64,000 nucleotides of DNA, from contig OZ246417.1 of NCBI GenBank assembly GCA_965231105.1, positions 164,094 through 228,093 of the forward strand. The letters run 5' to 3'. The notes beneath the pieces were generated by a model, which worked only from the letters and a program-made list of their open reading frames with translations, was not told the DNA's origin and searched no databases. Shown here one piece after another: positions 38,440-47,476 of this stretch. A program made the position numbers and the translations under genes. The DNA is from an uncultured Candidatus Saccharibacteria bacterium (GTDB lineage Bacteria; Patescibacteriota; Saccharimonadia; Saccharimonadales; JACDBH01). Position 1 is the stretch's first letter. Each line of letters opens with the position of its first letter.

Positions 38440-39120
38440 CTATTTATTAACTGTAATATACCCACTAACTTCTGGATTACTATGATCATGGAATATAAAC
38501 GTTCCTGCTTGGTTAAGAGTGAGGGTTTTAGGACGCCTGTCGGTAACAGTTGCTTCTTGACCGGCATAACTCACGATTTCGGGATGCTGCCCAAATGATA
38601 TTTGACTTGTCTCTTCCCCCTCATTAATAAAGGTGAGGGTGTCACAGCGTTGGGCTTCAATTTGGAACGGGCTGAACTGTCCGCCACTAATCGTGACTTT
38701 ATGATTAGCTCCCAATTCCTGGCAGGCCCCGGTTTCTTCCCCGCCAATTTGAGCAATTCCCTCGTCCTGAGCAAGCTTTTTCGTTACTTCTGTCGGAGAC
38801 ATGTTGTAGTGGAGGTTATCCATGATAAATATGGAGCCAAATACCGTGACCAGAATAATGCCAACCGTAGCTATAAAGAAGACTACGTTATACAGCGGCT
38901 TTGGTCCGCGACCCAAATGAAGGAAGAAGAATATTTGGATAATCATCTGCCATACGGCAAAGCTCAGAATTGTGAGTAGGAGCGCATTACCTGTGAGCGA
39001 TTTGCCCACTACCAAGAAGTATGCCGTAAGCGTACAGGCGATGGACAATACGAATCCAATAATATATGACGACATAGTGCCGTGCTCTTCTGGTGGCTGG
39101 CCGTGAGAAGTCTTGCTCAT
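38440..39120 (-). CDS. cyoD: Cytochrome o ubiquinol oxidase subunit IV fused to a C-terminal cupredoxin-like domain
   Basis: The N-terminal ~110 aa has three TM segments aligning with CyoD (SYIIGFVLSIACTLTAYFLVV...FFFLHLG). The extra ~110 aa carry the pattern HKVTISGGQFSPFQIEAQRCDTLTFINEG...GTFIFHDHSNPEVSGYITV. Confidence 0.75.
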   Translation of the reverse strand: MSKTSHGQPPEEHGTMSSYIIGFVLSIACTLTAYFLVVGKSLTGNALLLTILSFAVWQMIIQIFFFLHLGRGPKPLYNVVFFIATVGIILVTVFGSIFIMDNLHYNMSPTEVTKKLAQDEGIAQIGGEETGACQELGANHKVTISGGQFSPFQIEAQRCDTLTFINEGEETSQISFGQHPEIVSYAGQEATVTDRRPKTLTLNQAGTFIFHDHSNPEVSGYITVNK

Positions 39121-39716
39121 GCAAATGCTCCTAAATACACAAAGGTAAAGATAAATATCCAGACAAGGTCAAGGAAGTGCCAGAAGAGACTTAAAAGACT
39201 TAGCTTACGTACCATTCTTTCGTTAAGTCCCCTTTTATGCATATATGCCAGTGTAATGGCCATCCATAGTAGTCCTGAGAAAATGTGAAGACCATGAGTG
39301 CCTACCAGCGCAAAGAATGAAGAGAAAAATGCGTTCGTACTAATCGTATGACCCTCATGAATGAATTCGGTAAATTCCCACAGTTCTAGCCCTAAGAACG
39401 AGAGACCTAAGATAAAAGTTACGCCGAACCAACCAAAGACCTGTTTCTTATTGCCCATTCTCGCCGCGATCATACCGATGCCAACAGTAAAGCTACTGGT
39501 GAGCAGGATGAGTGTTTCTGCTAATACAAGTGGAAGGCTAAATAGGTCACGGCCGGTTGGACCACCTAGCGTATTGCCCCCTAGGACTGCATACACTGCA
39601 AACAGAATGGCAAACATCAAAAGGTCGGTCATCAAGTAGACCCAGAAACCGAACATCGCGCGGTCGTTCGATGCCGCTTCGTGCTCTTCCTCGTGCTGTG
39701 TTACCACGTGCGCCAT
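39117..39716 (-). CDS. cyoC: Cytochrome o ubiquinol oxidase subunit III
   Basis: MFGFWVYLMTDLLMFAILFAVYAVL and FWHFLDLVWIFIFTFVYL blocks. ATGA overlap with cyoD. Confidence 0.9.
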   Translation of the reverse strand: MAHVVTQHEEEHEAASNDRAMFGFWVYLMTDLLMFAILFAVYAVLGGNTLGGPTGRDLFSLPLVLAETLILLTSSFTVGIGMIAARMGNKKQVFGWFGVTFILGLSFLGLELWEFTEFIHEGHTISTNAFFSSFFALVGTHGLHIFSGLLWMAITLAYMHKRGLNERMVRKLSLLSLFWHFLDLVWIFIFTFVYLGAFA

Positions 39717-41785
39717 CGTTTATTCCTCAGCACATCAAGTGCCCATTTTAGTACGATCTTAACGAACTCAATGAGGCCCATATCTTCCTCTTTTTGTGGC
39801 GCTGCGTTTTCTGCGACCGTTTTCTTTTCGCGGGCTTTCTCAAGTTTCTCTACCTCGTCTGCCGGAATGGTGTATTCAATATTGTCGTTAAAGGTGCGGG
39901 TAATGGTGAAGACGATGATGCCTACAATTGAAACTACCGCGAGCCAAACGATTTCCCAGACGAATGCAAACCCGGTAAGGAAGGCACAGATAGAAATGTA
40001 TATGCCTGAGGCAGTATTTCGAGGCATATGAATGTTCTCGAAACGATGCTTAGGTAAGCCCTGCTGTTTCATCTCCCAGTATGCGTCACGAGATGTAACC
40101 TCAGGTATAACGGTAAAGTTGTATGAAGGCGGTGGAGATGCTGTTGCCCATTCGAGCGTTCGTCCATCCCAGGGATCGCCCGTAGTATCGCGTAACTGCC
40201 TTTTTTGGATAACGCTCGCAATGATTTGAACAATCTGGAGCACGACACCAACTGCAATAATCAGACCGCCTACCAGTGCCATAATATAAAATGGCTGCCA
40301 ACCTGTTGAGGAGTCGTAGTGATCAAGTCTTCTGGTAGCACCCATGAGCCCCAATACATAGAGTGGCGTAAAGGCCATCAAGAAGCCCACAATCCAACAC
40401 CAAAACGCATATCGCCCAATACGTTCGTTCAGCCTAAAGCCTGCAATTTTTGAGAACCAGTACGAAATACCCGCAAAGATACCAAATAGTACACCGCCAA
40501 TAACCATCGTATGGAAATGTGCAACTAGGAATAGGCTGTTATGAAGTTGGAAGTCGACGGGCGGTACGGCTAACAGCACACCTGCCATACCTCCGATTGC
40601 AAATATTCCTACAAATCCTAAGAACCAGAGCATCGGCGTCTTAAAGCTAATCCGGCCCTTATACATTGTGGCAATCCAGGTAAAGAACAGTACCGATGTG
40701 GGTATAGCAATAATCATGGTCATGAGTCCAAAGAACGCATTGACATTTGCGCCTGCACCCATTGTGAAGAAGTGGTGTAGCCACACGGAAAGTGCAAAAG
40801 CCGAAACACCGATCATGCCCACTACATTAGACATATAGCTGGCGATACGTTTGCGGCTAAAGGTTGAAACAATTTCTGAAAATACACCGAACGACGGCAG
40901 CATTAAGATATAGACTTCTGGGTGTCCCCACATCCAAATAAGATTGGTATACATCATGGCATTGCCGCCAAGTGTGGTGGTAAAGAAGTGGGCGCCTAAG
41001 TAGCGATCAAAGAACATGAGGAACAGCGTCATGGTTAACAGCGGAAAGACAGTTACCGCCATAATCATGCTGCAGAGCGAGCCCCATGTAAACAGCGGCA
41101 TCTTTCGAAGGGTCATGCCCGGAGCGCGCATTTTAAGAATGGTCATAATGAAGTTAATGGCTCCTAAAGTAGTACCAATACCAGATATCTGTAGACTCCA
41201 TATCCAATAATCTACCCCCACTCCCGGACTGAACTCCGTTCCCGATAAAGGCGCAACAGCGAGCCAGCCGGTCGCGGCGTACTCACCGCCTAACATGAAG
41301 AACATGTTGACCATAACAACACCGGCCACGAATAACCAGAATCCCAAGGTATTTAGAAATGGCGAGGCAAGGTCCCGTGCCCCAATTTGCAAGGGCACAA
41401 TGTAATTTATGAGGCCAAAGATAAAGGCCATCGCGACAAAGAAGACCATGATATTGCCGTGAGCGGTAAAGACCTGCTGGAAGTGTTCTGCAGATAGATA
41501 GCCATGGGATGCTCCAGAAGATAATGCCTGTTGGAGCCAGATCATAATGGCATCAAGTCCACCACGAAGTAACATGAACCCACCAACTAAGAAGTACATG
41601 ATCCCAATCTTTTTTGGATCAACCGACGTGAGCCACTCGTTCCATAGCCACTTCCAACGTTTTAGCTTGGTAATAACGATAATGGCAAACAGGCCCATGC
41701 CGAGGAAAGCGATCGTCCCCGCGATGGTGAACCATTCGTGCGGTAATGCATGGAGGTTTAATTTACCTAAAAGGAGTTCTTTCAT
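39701..41785 (-). CDS. cyoB: Cytochrome o ubiquinol oxidase subunit I (heme-copper oxidase)
   Basis: WLTSVDPKKIGIMY, WGHPEVYILMLP, HHFFTMG and VAHFH motifs, with about 14 or more TM segments. Confidence 0.95.
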   Translation of the reverse strand: MKELLLGKLNLHALPHEWFTIAGTIAFLGMGLFAIIVITKLKRWKWLWNEWLTSVDPKKIGIMYFLVGGFMLLRGGLDAIMIWLQQALSSGASHGYLSAEHFQQVFTAHGNIMVFFVAMAFIFGLINYIVPLQIGARDLASPFLNTLGFWLFVAGVVMVNMFFMLGGEYAATGWLAVAPLSGTEFSPGVGVDYWIWSLQISGIGTTLGAINFIMTILKMRAPGMTLRKMPLFTWGSLCSMIMAVTVFPLLTMTLFLMFFDRYLGAHFFTTTLGGNAMMYTNLIWMWGHPEVYILMLPSFGVFSEIVSTFSRKRIASYMSNVVGMIGVSAFALSVWLHHFFTMGAGANVNAFFGLMTMIIAIPTSVLFFTWIATMYKGRISFKTPMLWFLGFVGIFAIGGMAGVLLAVPPVDFQLHNSLFLVAHFHTMVIGGVLFGIFAGISYWFSKIAGFRLNERIGRYAFWCWIVGFLMAFTPLYVLGLMGATRRLDHYDSSTGWQPFYIMALVGGLIIAVGVVLQIVQIIASVIQKRQLRDTTGDPWDGRTLEWATASPPPSYNFTVIPEVTSRDAYWEMKQQGLPKHRFENIHMPRNTASGIYISICAFLTGFAFVWEIVWLAVVSIVGIIVFTITRTFNDNIEYTIPADEVEKLEKAREKKTVAENAAPQKEEDMGLIEFVKIVLKWALDVLRNKRWRTW

Positions 41786-42693
41786 TCGTGCTCCGTATGT
41801 GGCGCGTGAGACCCGCCGTATTTCATAAGCACTTTACCATACAAGCCTGTTTCGGCCGAAGCATAGAACGCGGCGGGATTATTTTCACTGGGCTCTAATA
41901 ATTTCTCGTATGCTGCAGTATCGAGCGCTTCCGCAGAGGACTTTGTTTCTTGTACCCAGCGAGCAAAGTCTTCGGTGGAGCTTGCTCGTGCAATAAACTT
42001 CATGCCAGCAAAACCTTCGCCATTAATTTCCGCGGAGCTTCCCTTATAGTCGCCGGGGGTCTCGGCCATAAGATTAAGGCGGTTTGCGTGCCCGGTCATG
42101 GCATATAACTGCCCACCCCAATGCGGAATCCAGAACGAGCTCATTGGTGCTTCATCTGCGGTGAGCTCAAACTGCACCGGTCTATTAGTAGGAACCTGGA
42201 CAAAATTAACTGATGCGATATTCTCTTCAGGGTAAATAAAGAGCCACTTCCAGCGTAAGGCAACTACCTGAATAGTGAGCGGATCTACGCCATTATCGAT
42301 AAGTTTCTGAGGCGCTAACTTATGGGTAGCCGGCCACATAACCGATGCAAGTAAAATCATGGTAATAAACGGAAATGCCCACATACTGGCTACTACAACC
42401 TTATTGTGATGGGTGTTCGGTGCATATGTAGCTTTCTCATTAGACTCGCGGTATTTCCAGGCGACAAAGTAAAACAGTGCTAATGTCGGGATGGCAATTT
42501 CAAGCATTAATGCTACTGACAGGATCATTAAACGACGCTGTTCTCCTGCTATGAGCCCTTGGGGATTAAGGAGGGCGACATCGTTATCTCGTAAGAGCAC
42601 GGCAACGAGTAGCGTGAGACACGCTAAACCCAGAACAGTAAGCCATATAGGCCTACTCTGACTAAACCTTTTTTTAGATTTTACCCTTGTCAC
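41782..42693 (-). CDS. cyoA: Cytochrome o ubiquinol oxidase subunit II (no CuA site)
   Basis: WKWLFIYPE, FWIPHWGGQLYAM and GSSAEINGEGFAGMKF. The CuA ligand pattern CxExCGxxHxxM is replaced, as in quinol oxidases. GTG start. Confidence 0.9.
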   Translation of the reverse strand: MTRVKSKKRFSQSRPIWLTVLGLACLTLLVAVLLRDNDVALLNPQGLIAGEQRRLMILSVALMLEIAIPTLALFYFVAWKYRESNEKATYAPNTHHNKVVVASMWAFPFITMILLASVMWPATHKLAPQKLIDNGVDPLTIQVVALRWKWLFIYPEENIASVNFVQVPTNRPVQFELTADEAPMSSFWIPHWGGQLYAMTGHANRLNLMAETPGDYKGSSAEINGEGFAGMKFIARASSTEDFARWVQETKSSAEALDTAAYEKLLEPSENNPAAFYASAETGLYGKVLMKYGGSHAPHTEHE

Positions 42694-42771
42694 TTCCCTT
42701 TTATTATATATGAGATAAGCATAATTACGATAACCAAAGCTTGAACAGCTGGCCGAAGGAAGGCATATGGT

Positions 42772-43650
42772 ATGCTAAGACAAATAATGAGAGAGAACAT
42801 ACAGGCTTACTACCAACTAGCCAAGCCCGGGATTATTTATGGCAATAGTCTATCGGTGATTGCGGGATTTTTTCTTGCCTCCCAAGGTGATCTCTCACTA
42901 AAAACGTTTGCATCTGTCTTGTTAGGCGCAGCACTTGTTATGGGCTCTGGCTGTGTCTTTAATAATTACATTGACCGAGGCATTGATAAGAAAATGGCTC
43001 GCACTAAAAAGCGTGCGCTCGTGACACAGGCTATTCCAGTGCAGCATGCACTTATCTACGCCACAGTTCTTGGTTTGCTCGGCTTTCTCTTCCTTGCACT
43101 CGGCACGAATCTCCTGACTGTTGGAGTCGGTGCAGTTGGGCTATTTACCTATGTCGTCGTGTACGGCATCGCGAAACGTACAACGGTGCACGGTACGATT
43201 ATTGGAAGTATCGCGGGTGCAATCCCGCCGGTGTCTGGATATACTGCCGTGACTGGTTCGCTTGATAGTGGCGCCTGGCTATTATTCCTCATCCTAACCT
43301 GTTGGCAAATGCCACACTTTTATGCAATTGCTACCTACCGGAGGGAAGATTATGCGGCTGCCGGTATTCCGGTACTGCCAGTAAAGAAAGGCATCAAGCA
43401 AACGAAGGTGCAGATTGTTCTCTACACTCTCGCCTTTATTATTGCCGCTTCTCTTCTTTTCTTCTTTGATTACGTCGGATATGTGTATCTTATAGTTATG
43501 CTTGCGGTTGGATTATGGTGGTTGCGTCTAGGAATCCACGGTTTTCAAGCTTTAGATGCTAATAAGTGGGCGCGTAAAGTGTTTGGATCCTCGCTCATTG
43601 TTTTATTGGTTTTTTGCAGCGTTACTTCACTTGATGCGTGGCTGCCATAG
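42772..43650 (+). CDS. cyoE: Protoheme IX farnesyltransferase (heme O synthase)
   Basis: UbiA-type motif NNYIDRGIDKKMARTKKRAL. Multi-TM. Divergent from cyoABCD. Confidence 0.9.
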   Translation: MLRQIMRENIQAYYQLAKPGIIYGNSLSVIAGFFLASQGDLSLKTFASVLLGAALVMGSGCVFNNYIDRGIDKKMARTKKRALVTQAIPVQHALIYATVLGLLGFLFLALGTNLLTVGVGAVGLFTYVVVYGIAKRTTVHGTIIGSIAGAIPPVSGYTAVTGSLDSGAWLLFLILTCWQMPHFYAIATYRREDYAAAGIPVLPVKKGIKQTKVQIVLYTLAFIIAASLLFFFDYVGYVYLIVMLAVGLWWLRLGIHGFQALDANKWARKVFGSSLIVLLVFCSVTSLDAWLP

Positions 43651-43658
43651 GGTATAAT
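43631..43658 (+). promoter_or_regulatory. Internal promoter: -35 TTGATG / -10 TATAAT, 16-nt spacer
   Basis: TTGATG at 43631-43636 lies inside the cyoE 3' end and TATAAT at 43653-43658. The ATG at 43665 lies 6 nt downstream with no SD. Confidence 0.5.
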
Positions 43659-43664
43659 TCTATT

Positions 43665-43928
43665 ATGCTTATACTTTTTCATGTACTTAGTGCCCTCGCC
43701 GGTATTCTCTTTGCTTTCTTATTACTCATTGCGCCATCAAGATCAAGACTTCATATTGCAGGTACTCTTATAGCCACTACCATTGCGAGCGGCACGTGGT
43801 TAGTGATGAGGAGCAAGGCTCACATTATTCAAACCTGTATAACCGGACTCATATATCTCGCTGTTACTCTCGGCTGCGCCATTATTGGACATCGCAAATT
43901 GCAAGCCCTTGAAAAGACTGAACGATAA
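43665..43928 (+). CDS. Small 3-TM membrane protein (87 aa)
   Basis: ORF 43638-43928 trimmed to ATG 43665. Three hydrophobic helices. No family recognised. Confidence 0.5.
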   Translation: MLILFHVLSALAGILFAFLLLIAPSRSRLHIAGTLIATTIASGTWLVMRSKAHIIQTCITGLIYLAVTLGCAIIGHRKLQALEKTER

Positions 43929-44633
43929 TTAACCTCGTTGATTTTCAGAAAGATGAAGTGTCTTAACGACAGGCATTAGTCGTCTACGCATCGCTTCAGG
44001 AATCATCCGCCGATAGGTATTACGTACGCGTATGTATATGTCGGCATCATTTAGATCTCTTAGGCGCTCAAAAGGTTCGTACATGTCGGGCGATAACTGT
44101 GAAGATTTTGGCAGGGTTCGACGTAATTTATGCATAGCTTCCCTTGTTAGCTCGTCCTGAGCGCGTATATTGCCGTTCATGCCATAGAGAACAATATGCG
44201 TCTGGGCCGGTACGGTTGTGATGATGGCTTCTGCGGCTGATCGGCCGGTGACGGGTTCCATGACGGCAGGATGAAGCTCTTCTGCAAAATTCTGCCTTGA
44301 TGAAGTTAGGAACCAAGTATTGTTTTCCTGCACAAGCCTTACAAGCGCGTTACTAAAACCAGTAGGGTCGATCTCAAATGGCTCAGCTTCTGCTGAGGTA
44401 AGTCGGGTCATGTCCGCATTTACGACATCAATGTCCCGGGCTTTCTCGGGCGTCCCAATGAAAATTTCATCACGAATCGAGTATTCATGTTGAGGGTCGC
44501 CATAAAATTTGCCATATAAAACTGAGCGACCAAGCGACCCCACGATCCGCATATCGGGTTGAGAAATGCTCAAAGCATCGAGTTGGGCATATAACGAGTC
44601 AGGCGTATGGAGCGCCTCATTAAACGCACGCAT
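43929..44633 (-). CDS. Hypothetical protein, possible Pol-beta-type nucleotidyltransferase fold
   Basis: VGSLGRS followed by ARDIDVV resembles the G[SG]...DxD signature of minimal nucleotidyltransferases. This is weak evidence. Confidence 0.4.
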   Translation of the reverse strand: MRAFNEALHTPDSLYAQLDALSISQPDMRIVGSLGRSVLYGKFYGDPQHEYSIRDEIFIGTPEKARDIDVVNADMTRLTSAEAEPFEIDPTGFSNALVRLVQENNTWFLTSSRQNFAEELHPAVMEPVTGRSAAEAIITTVPAQTHIVLYGMNGNIRAQDELTREAMHKLRRTLPKSSQLSPDMYEPFERLRDLNDADIYIRVRNTYRRMIPEAMRRRLMPVVKTLHLSENQRG

Positions 44634-44735
44634 GGCTGTGTACTATATAATTTATTTAATAATTTAGCAATAACTAAGAAATATGCGTAAGCAATATTGT
44701 GTTCGCTGCATCTCTGTATTACACTTGCTCCTAAG

Positions 44736-45293
44736 ATGAAAAATACAAACTCCGTGAGTAATTGGCTGCAAATAGCCGTTGTTCGAGTTGCGAGGCTACA
44801 TTTTTTCTACGTTGCTGCTTATATGGTGGCAATCATTGCATTTGACTCATGGAATCTTATTACGCATGAAGGTATTGTGCAGCGCTGGACGCTGGCCGTT
44901 TGCCTACTTATTCTCACGACAATTGTCTGGTACATAGCTCGTGGACCCTGGCTAAAAGGTGCGCAACACCGCATTCTACTTGGTATGGTTGTGGTCGGAG
45001 ATATCCTATTTGCTGCAATCAATGTCTACATGCAACGTGGCATGGCCAGTAAGTCGGTGGCTCTTTTTGCTATTCCCCTCATGACGGCTGCTGTTTTGCA
45101 CAGCAGACGTGCAATTCTAGCAACCGCATCCCTCTGTGTAGCGGCTTATTCATTTGCTGCCATTCGCTATTTCCATCTTCATTATGGCGAAGGCTTTAAG
45201 GTTGAGCTGTATGGCGAGGTGGGTTTTTATTCAGCCATTTTCTTTGTCATGGCTGCATTGCTAGTTTTGCTTGTTGCCCCTAAGAAGGACTAA
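44736..45293 (+). CDS. Hypothetical integral membrane protein (about 5 TM)
   Basis: ORF trimmed to ATG 44736 (MKNTNSV). Repeated hydrophobic segments. Confidence 0.5.
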   Translation: MKNTNSVSNWLQIAVVRVARLHFFYVAAYMVAIIAFDSWNLITHEGIVQRWTLAVCLLILTTIVWYIARGPWLKGAQHRILLGMVVVGDILFAAINVYMQRGMASKSVALFAIPLMTAAVLHSRRAILATASLCVAAYSFAAIRYFHLHYGEGFKVELYGEVGFYSAIFFVMAALLVLLVAPKKD

Positions 45294-46058
45294 CTATCGC
45301 AAGAAATAAGTTACGGTAACCGAGTAGCTTAATTCGTTTTCGCCTGGTTGTACGGCGAGGCTTGTGCTGGAACTTACGGCTGTATCGAGCGCGCCGCGTT
45401 CAGCGTATGGCATAATGCCAAAGCCCGATCCATCCGTGACTGTTTTTACCTTCCCTACCTTGAAGCCAAGGTTCTTTGCCATTTGATCAGCTTTGCTTCG
45501 CGCATCTTTGGTGGCTTCATCGCGAGCTTTTGATTCTAGTTCTTTGCGCTTTGCATCGCTGAAGCTTGCCTGTGGCGAAACTGCTCCTGATGGTGTTGTG
45601 CTGACAAGGTAGTCTTGGATTTTCTGAGCCTCTTCCAGTGAGCTAAGCGTGATAGTGAGCTGCAATGTGTAGGTAGGCTCTTGAGCCTTGTCTTCAAAGT
45701 AATACACTGGATAGTCATAGTTTGATGAATTAGTTTTTATCTTGCTGTCAGGCACGCCAAGTTCTTTAAGTTTGGCAACAATCGCACCACTCTTTTCGGT
45801 CATTGCTGCAAGTGCCGCAGTCTTATCAGCATTCTTAAACTCGTAGGAGGGATAAAAGACAAATTCATCCGGAGAATCGGTTAGGGTCGCTTCGCCCGTT
45901 ACCTCAATCGTCTGATCACTAGAGGACGTGGCTTCCCATGGCCTCCATAGAGCCAGCATGCCGGCAATGACAAGTAAAAGTAAAACGACAATAACGCGTA
46001 AATCAAATGAAAAACTCACCTTACTCTTAGAAGGTTGTGTGGTGTTTTGCTCTGGCAT
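45294..46058 (-). CDS. SIMPL/DUF541 family periplasmic protein
   Basis: N-terminal TM. The ARDEATKDARSKADQMAKNLGFKVGKV helix and C-terminal LSYSVTVTYFL are typical of the SIMPL family. Confidence 0.65.
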   Translation of the reverse strand: MPEQNTTQPSKSKVSFSFDLRVIVVLLLLVIAGMLALWRPWEATSSSDQTIEVTGEATLTDSPDEFVFYPSYEFKNADKTAALAAMTEKSGAIVAKLKELGVPDSKIKTNSSNYDYPVYYFEDKAQEPTYTLQLTITLSSLEEAQKIQDYLVSTTPSGAVSPQASFSDAKRKELESKARDEATKDARSKADQMAKNLGFKVGKVKTVTDGSGFGIMPYAERGALDTAVSSSTSLAVQPGENELSYSVTVTYFLR

Positions 46059-46112
46059 TTTTTGCTCCTTATGTTGGTTTTAGTGTTGCTCGTTATACTG
46101 AAAAAGTAAAGC

Positions 46113-47366
46113 TTAAAAACGGTTGCTTATACGCCACCAGGTAGATGGTTGCGCGAGAGAAGAAGTTATTGTTAGGGGGGTTGCGGTGATGCCCTGCTTT
46201 GTAGGTACCTTAATCGCGCCAACGACCTGATCTTTTGTGGCAGGTGTATTAATTTCCACTGTGCTAATTTCTGGGCTAATCGATGATCCTTTCCACCCAT
46301 AATGAAGGATAGAATCACTGGCAACGATATTGGTGGTTTGCCCCCACGGAGTTTGGTATGAACCAATAACACTGTCTTTCTTTACCACCTCCCGTATGCC
46401 AAAACCCTTGAAGGCAGACTCGAGCAGGCTGCTGCTGGCAGGAAATACGGAACCGATTGTGGGACTTCCTAGTACCGCCCCAATTACCGTTACGCTGTGG
46501 GTATCGTCAATAATGTGTTTAGCTGCGAATAAGAGACAGCCTCCTGCCTCATCCGTGTTACCCGTTTTAATCCCTACTACTCGGCTATCGGCAAGTAAAT
46601 GATTGGTGTTTCGTATTGTTCTTGCAACGGGAACGGATGTTTCACGCTTCGCTACGATGCCGCTTAAAACAGGGTCGGATAAGATCTTTTGACCCAAGAT
46701 TATAAGATCCGTGGGTGTGCTGAGCGTACGAGGAGAAAACCCACTGGCATCATCGATGGTGGTTTTTAGCATGCCAAATTCTTTCACCATGTCATCTGCA
46801 TATAATTTATAGGCATCCATCGAGCCAAACGCCCATCGCACCAAAGAATCAGCGATGTTATTGGCTGATGGTAGCAAGAGTGCTTCAAGAGCCTGATACT
46901 GCGAAAGTTGTTCACCAACTTGAACCGGGACAATCGAACCATTGCGTGCAAGGTAGTCACTATAATAGGCAACATCTTGGGTATCGAGCGTAAGTATTGT
47001 CCCCTGCTCACCTGCCGCAAAAGGTTTTGCACGCATAATAGCAAGTGCTGTTACGACTTTGGCAATGCTTGCAATGGGCCGAGGCGTTTGGCCCTCTGAA
47101 GACATTGCGAGTATGCCCTCTTCAAGGCTGCCGATTGCAGCCTGACCTTGCGTAGGCCAATTAAGAGCGACCGCTTCTGCTGCAAGCGGACTTAGTGCCG
47201 AAACACTCGGAGTAATTGTGGGTAATGCCTGCGTTAAAGTTGAGTATGTAAAGCCTGCACCTGAAAGCAGAAGAACAGTAATAAGCACTAATGCGAGAAA
47301 ACGACGTAAAAACGAGTGCCTTTTTACTGGCCGTGCTTCGCGGTATCGGTACGCTTTAATTTCCAT
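46113..47366 (-). CDS. D-alanyl-D-alanine carboxypeptidase (peptidase S11, PBP5-like)
   Basis: SIAK (SxxK), LLPSANN (SxN) and IKTGNT (KTG) motifs occur in the correct order. N-terminal TM. Confidence 0.85.
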   Translation of the reverse strand: MEIKAYRYREARPVKRHSFLRRFLALVLITVLLLSGAGFTYSTLTQALPTITPSVSALSPLAAEAVALNWPTQGQAAIGSLEEGILAMSSEGQTPRPIASIAKVVTALAIMRAKPFAAGEQGTILTLDTQDVAYYSDYLARNGSIVPVQVGEQLSQYQALEALLLPSANNIADSLVRWAFGSMDAYKLYADDMVKEFGMLKTTIDDASGFSPRTLSTPTDLIILGQKILSDPVLSGIVAKRETSVPVARTIRNTNHLLADSRVVGIKTGNTDEAGGCLLFAAKHIIDDTHSVTVIGAVLGSPTIGSVFPASSSLLESAFKGFGIREVVKKDSVIGSYQTPWGQTTNIVASDSILHYGWKGSSISPEISTVEINTPATKDQVVGAIKVPTKQGITATPLTITSSLAQPSTWWRISNRF

Positions 47367-47476
47367 TAGTCCCCCACCATGCTGAACATCTCATACGTCT
47401 ATAGTCTAAAGGATACCAGCTGCCACACTTTTCTGCCATTAGTAGGTTTATGGTAGCGGTGTTATAGTGAAAGTGT

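Noticed and set aside
41782-42693. Possibility that the oxidase is a cytochrome c oxidase (CuA-containing subunit II)
   Set aside because: The CuA ligand block is replaced by SAEINGEGFAGM, which closely parallels quinol oxidase CyoA. A cyoE heme O synthase is adjacent.
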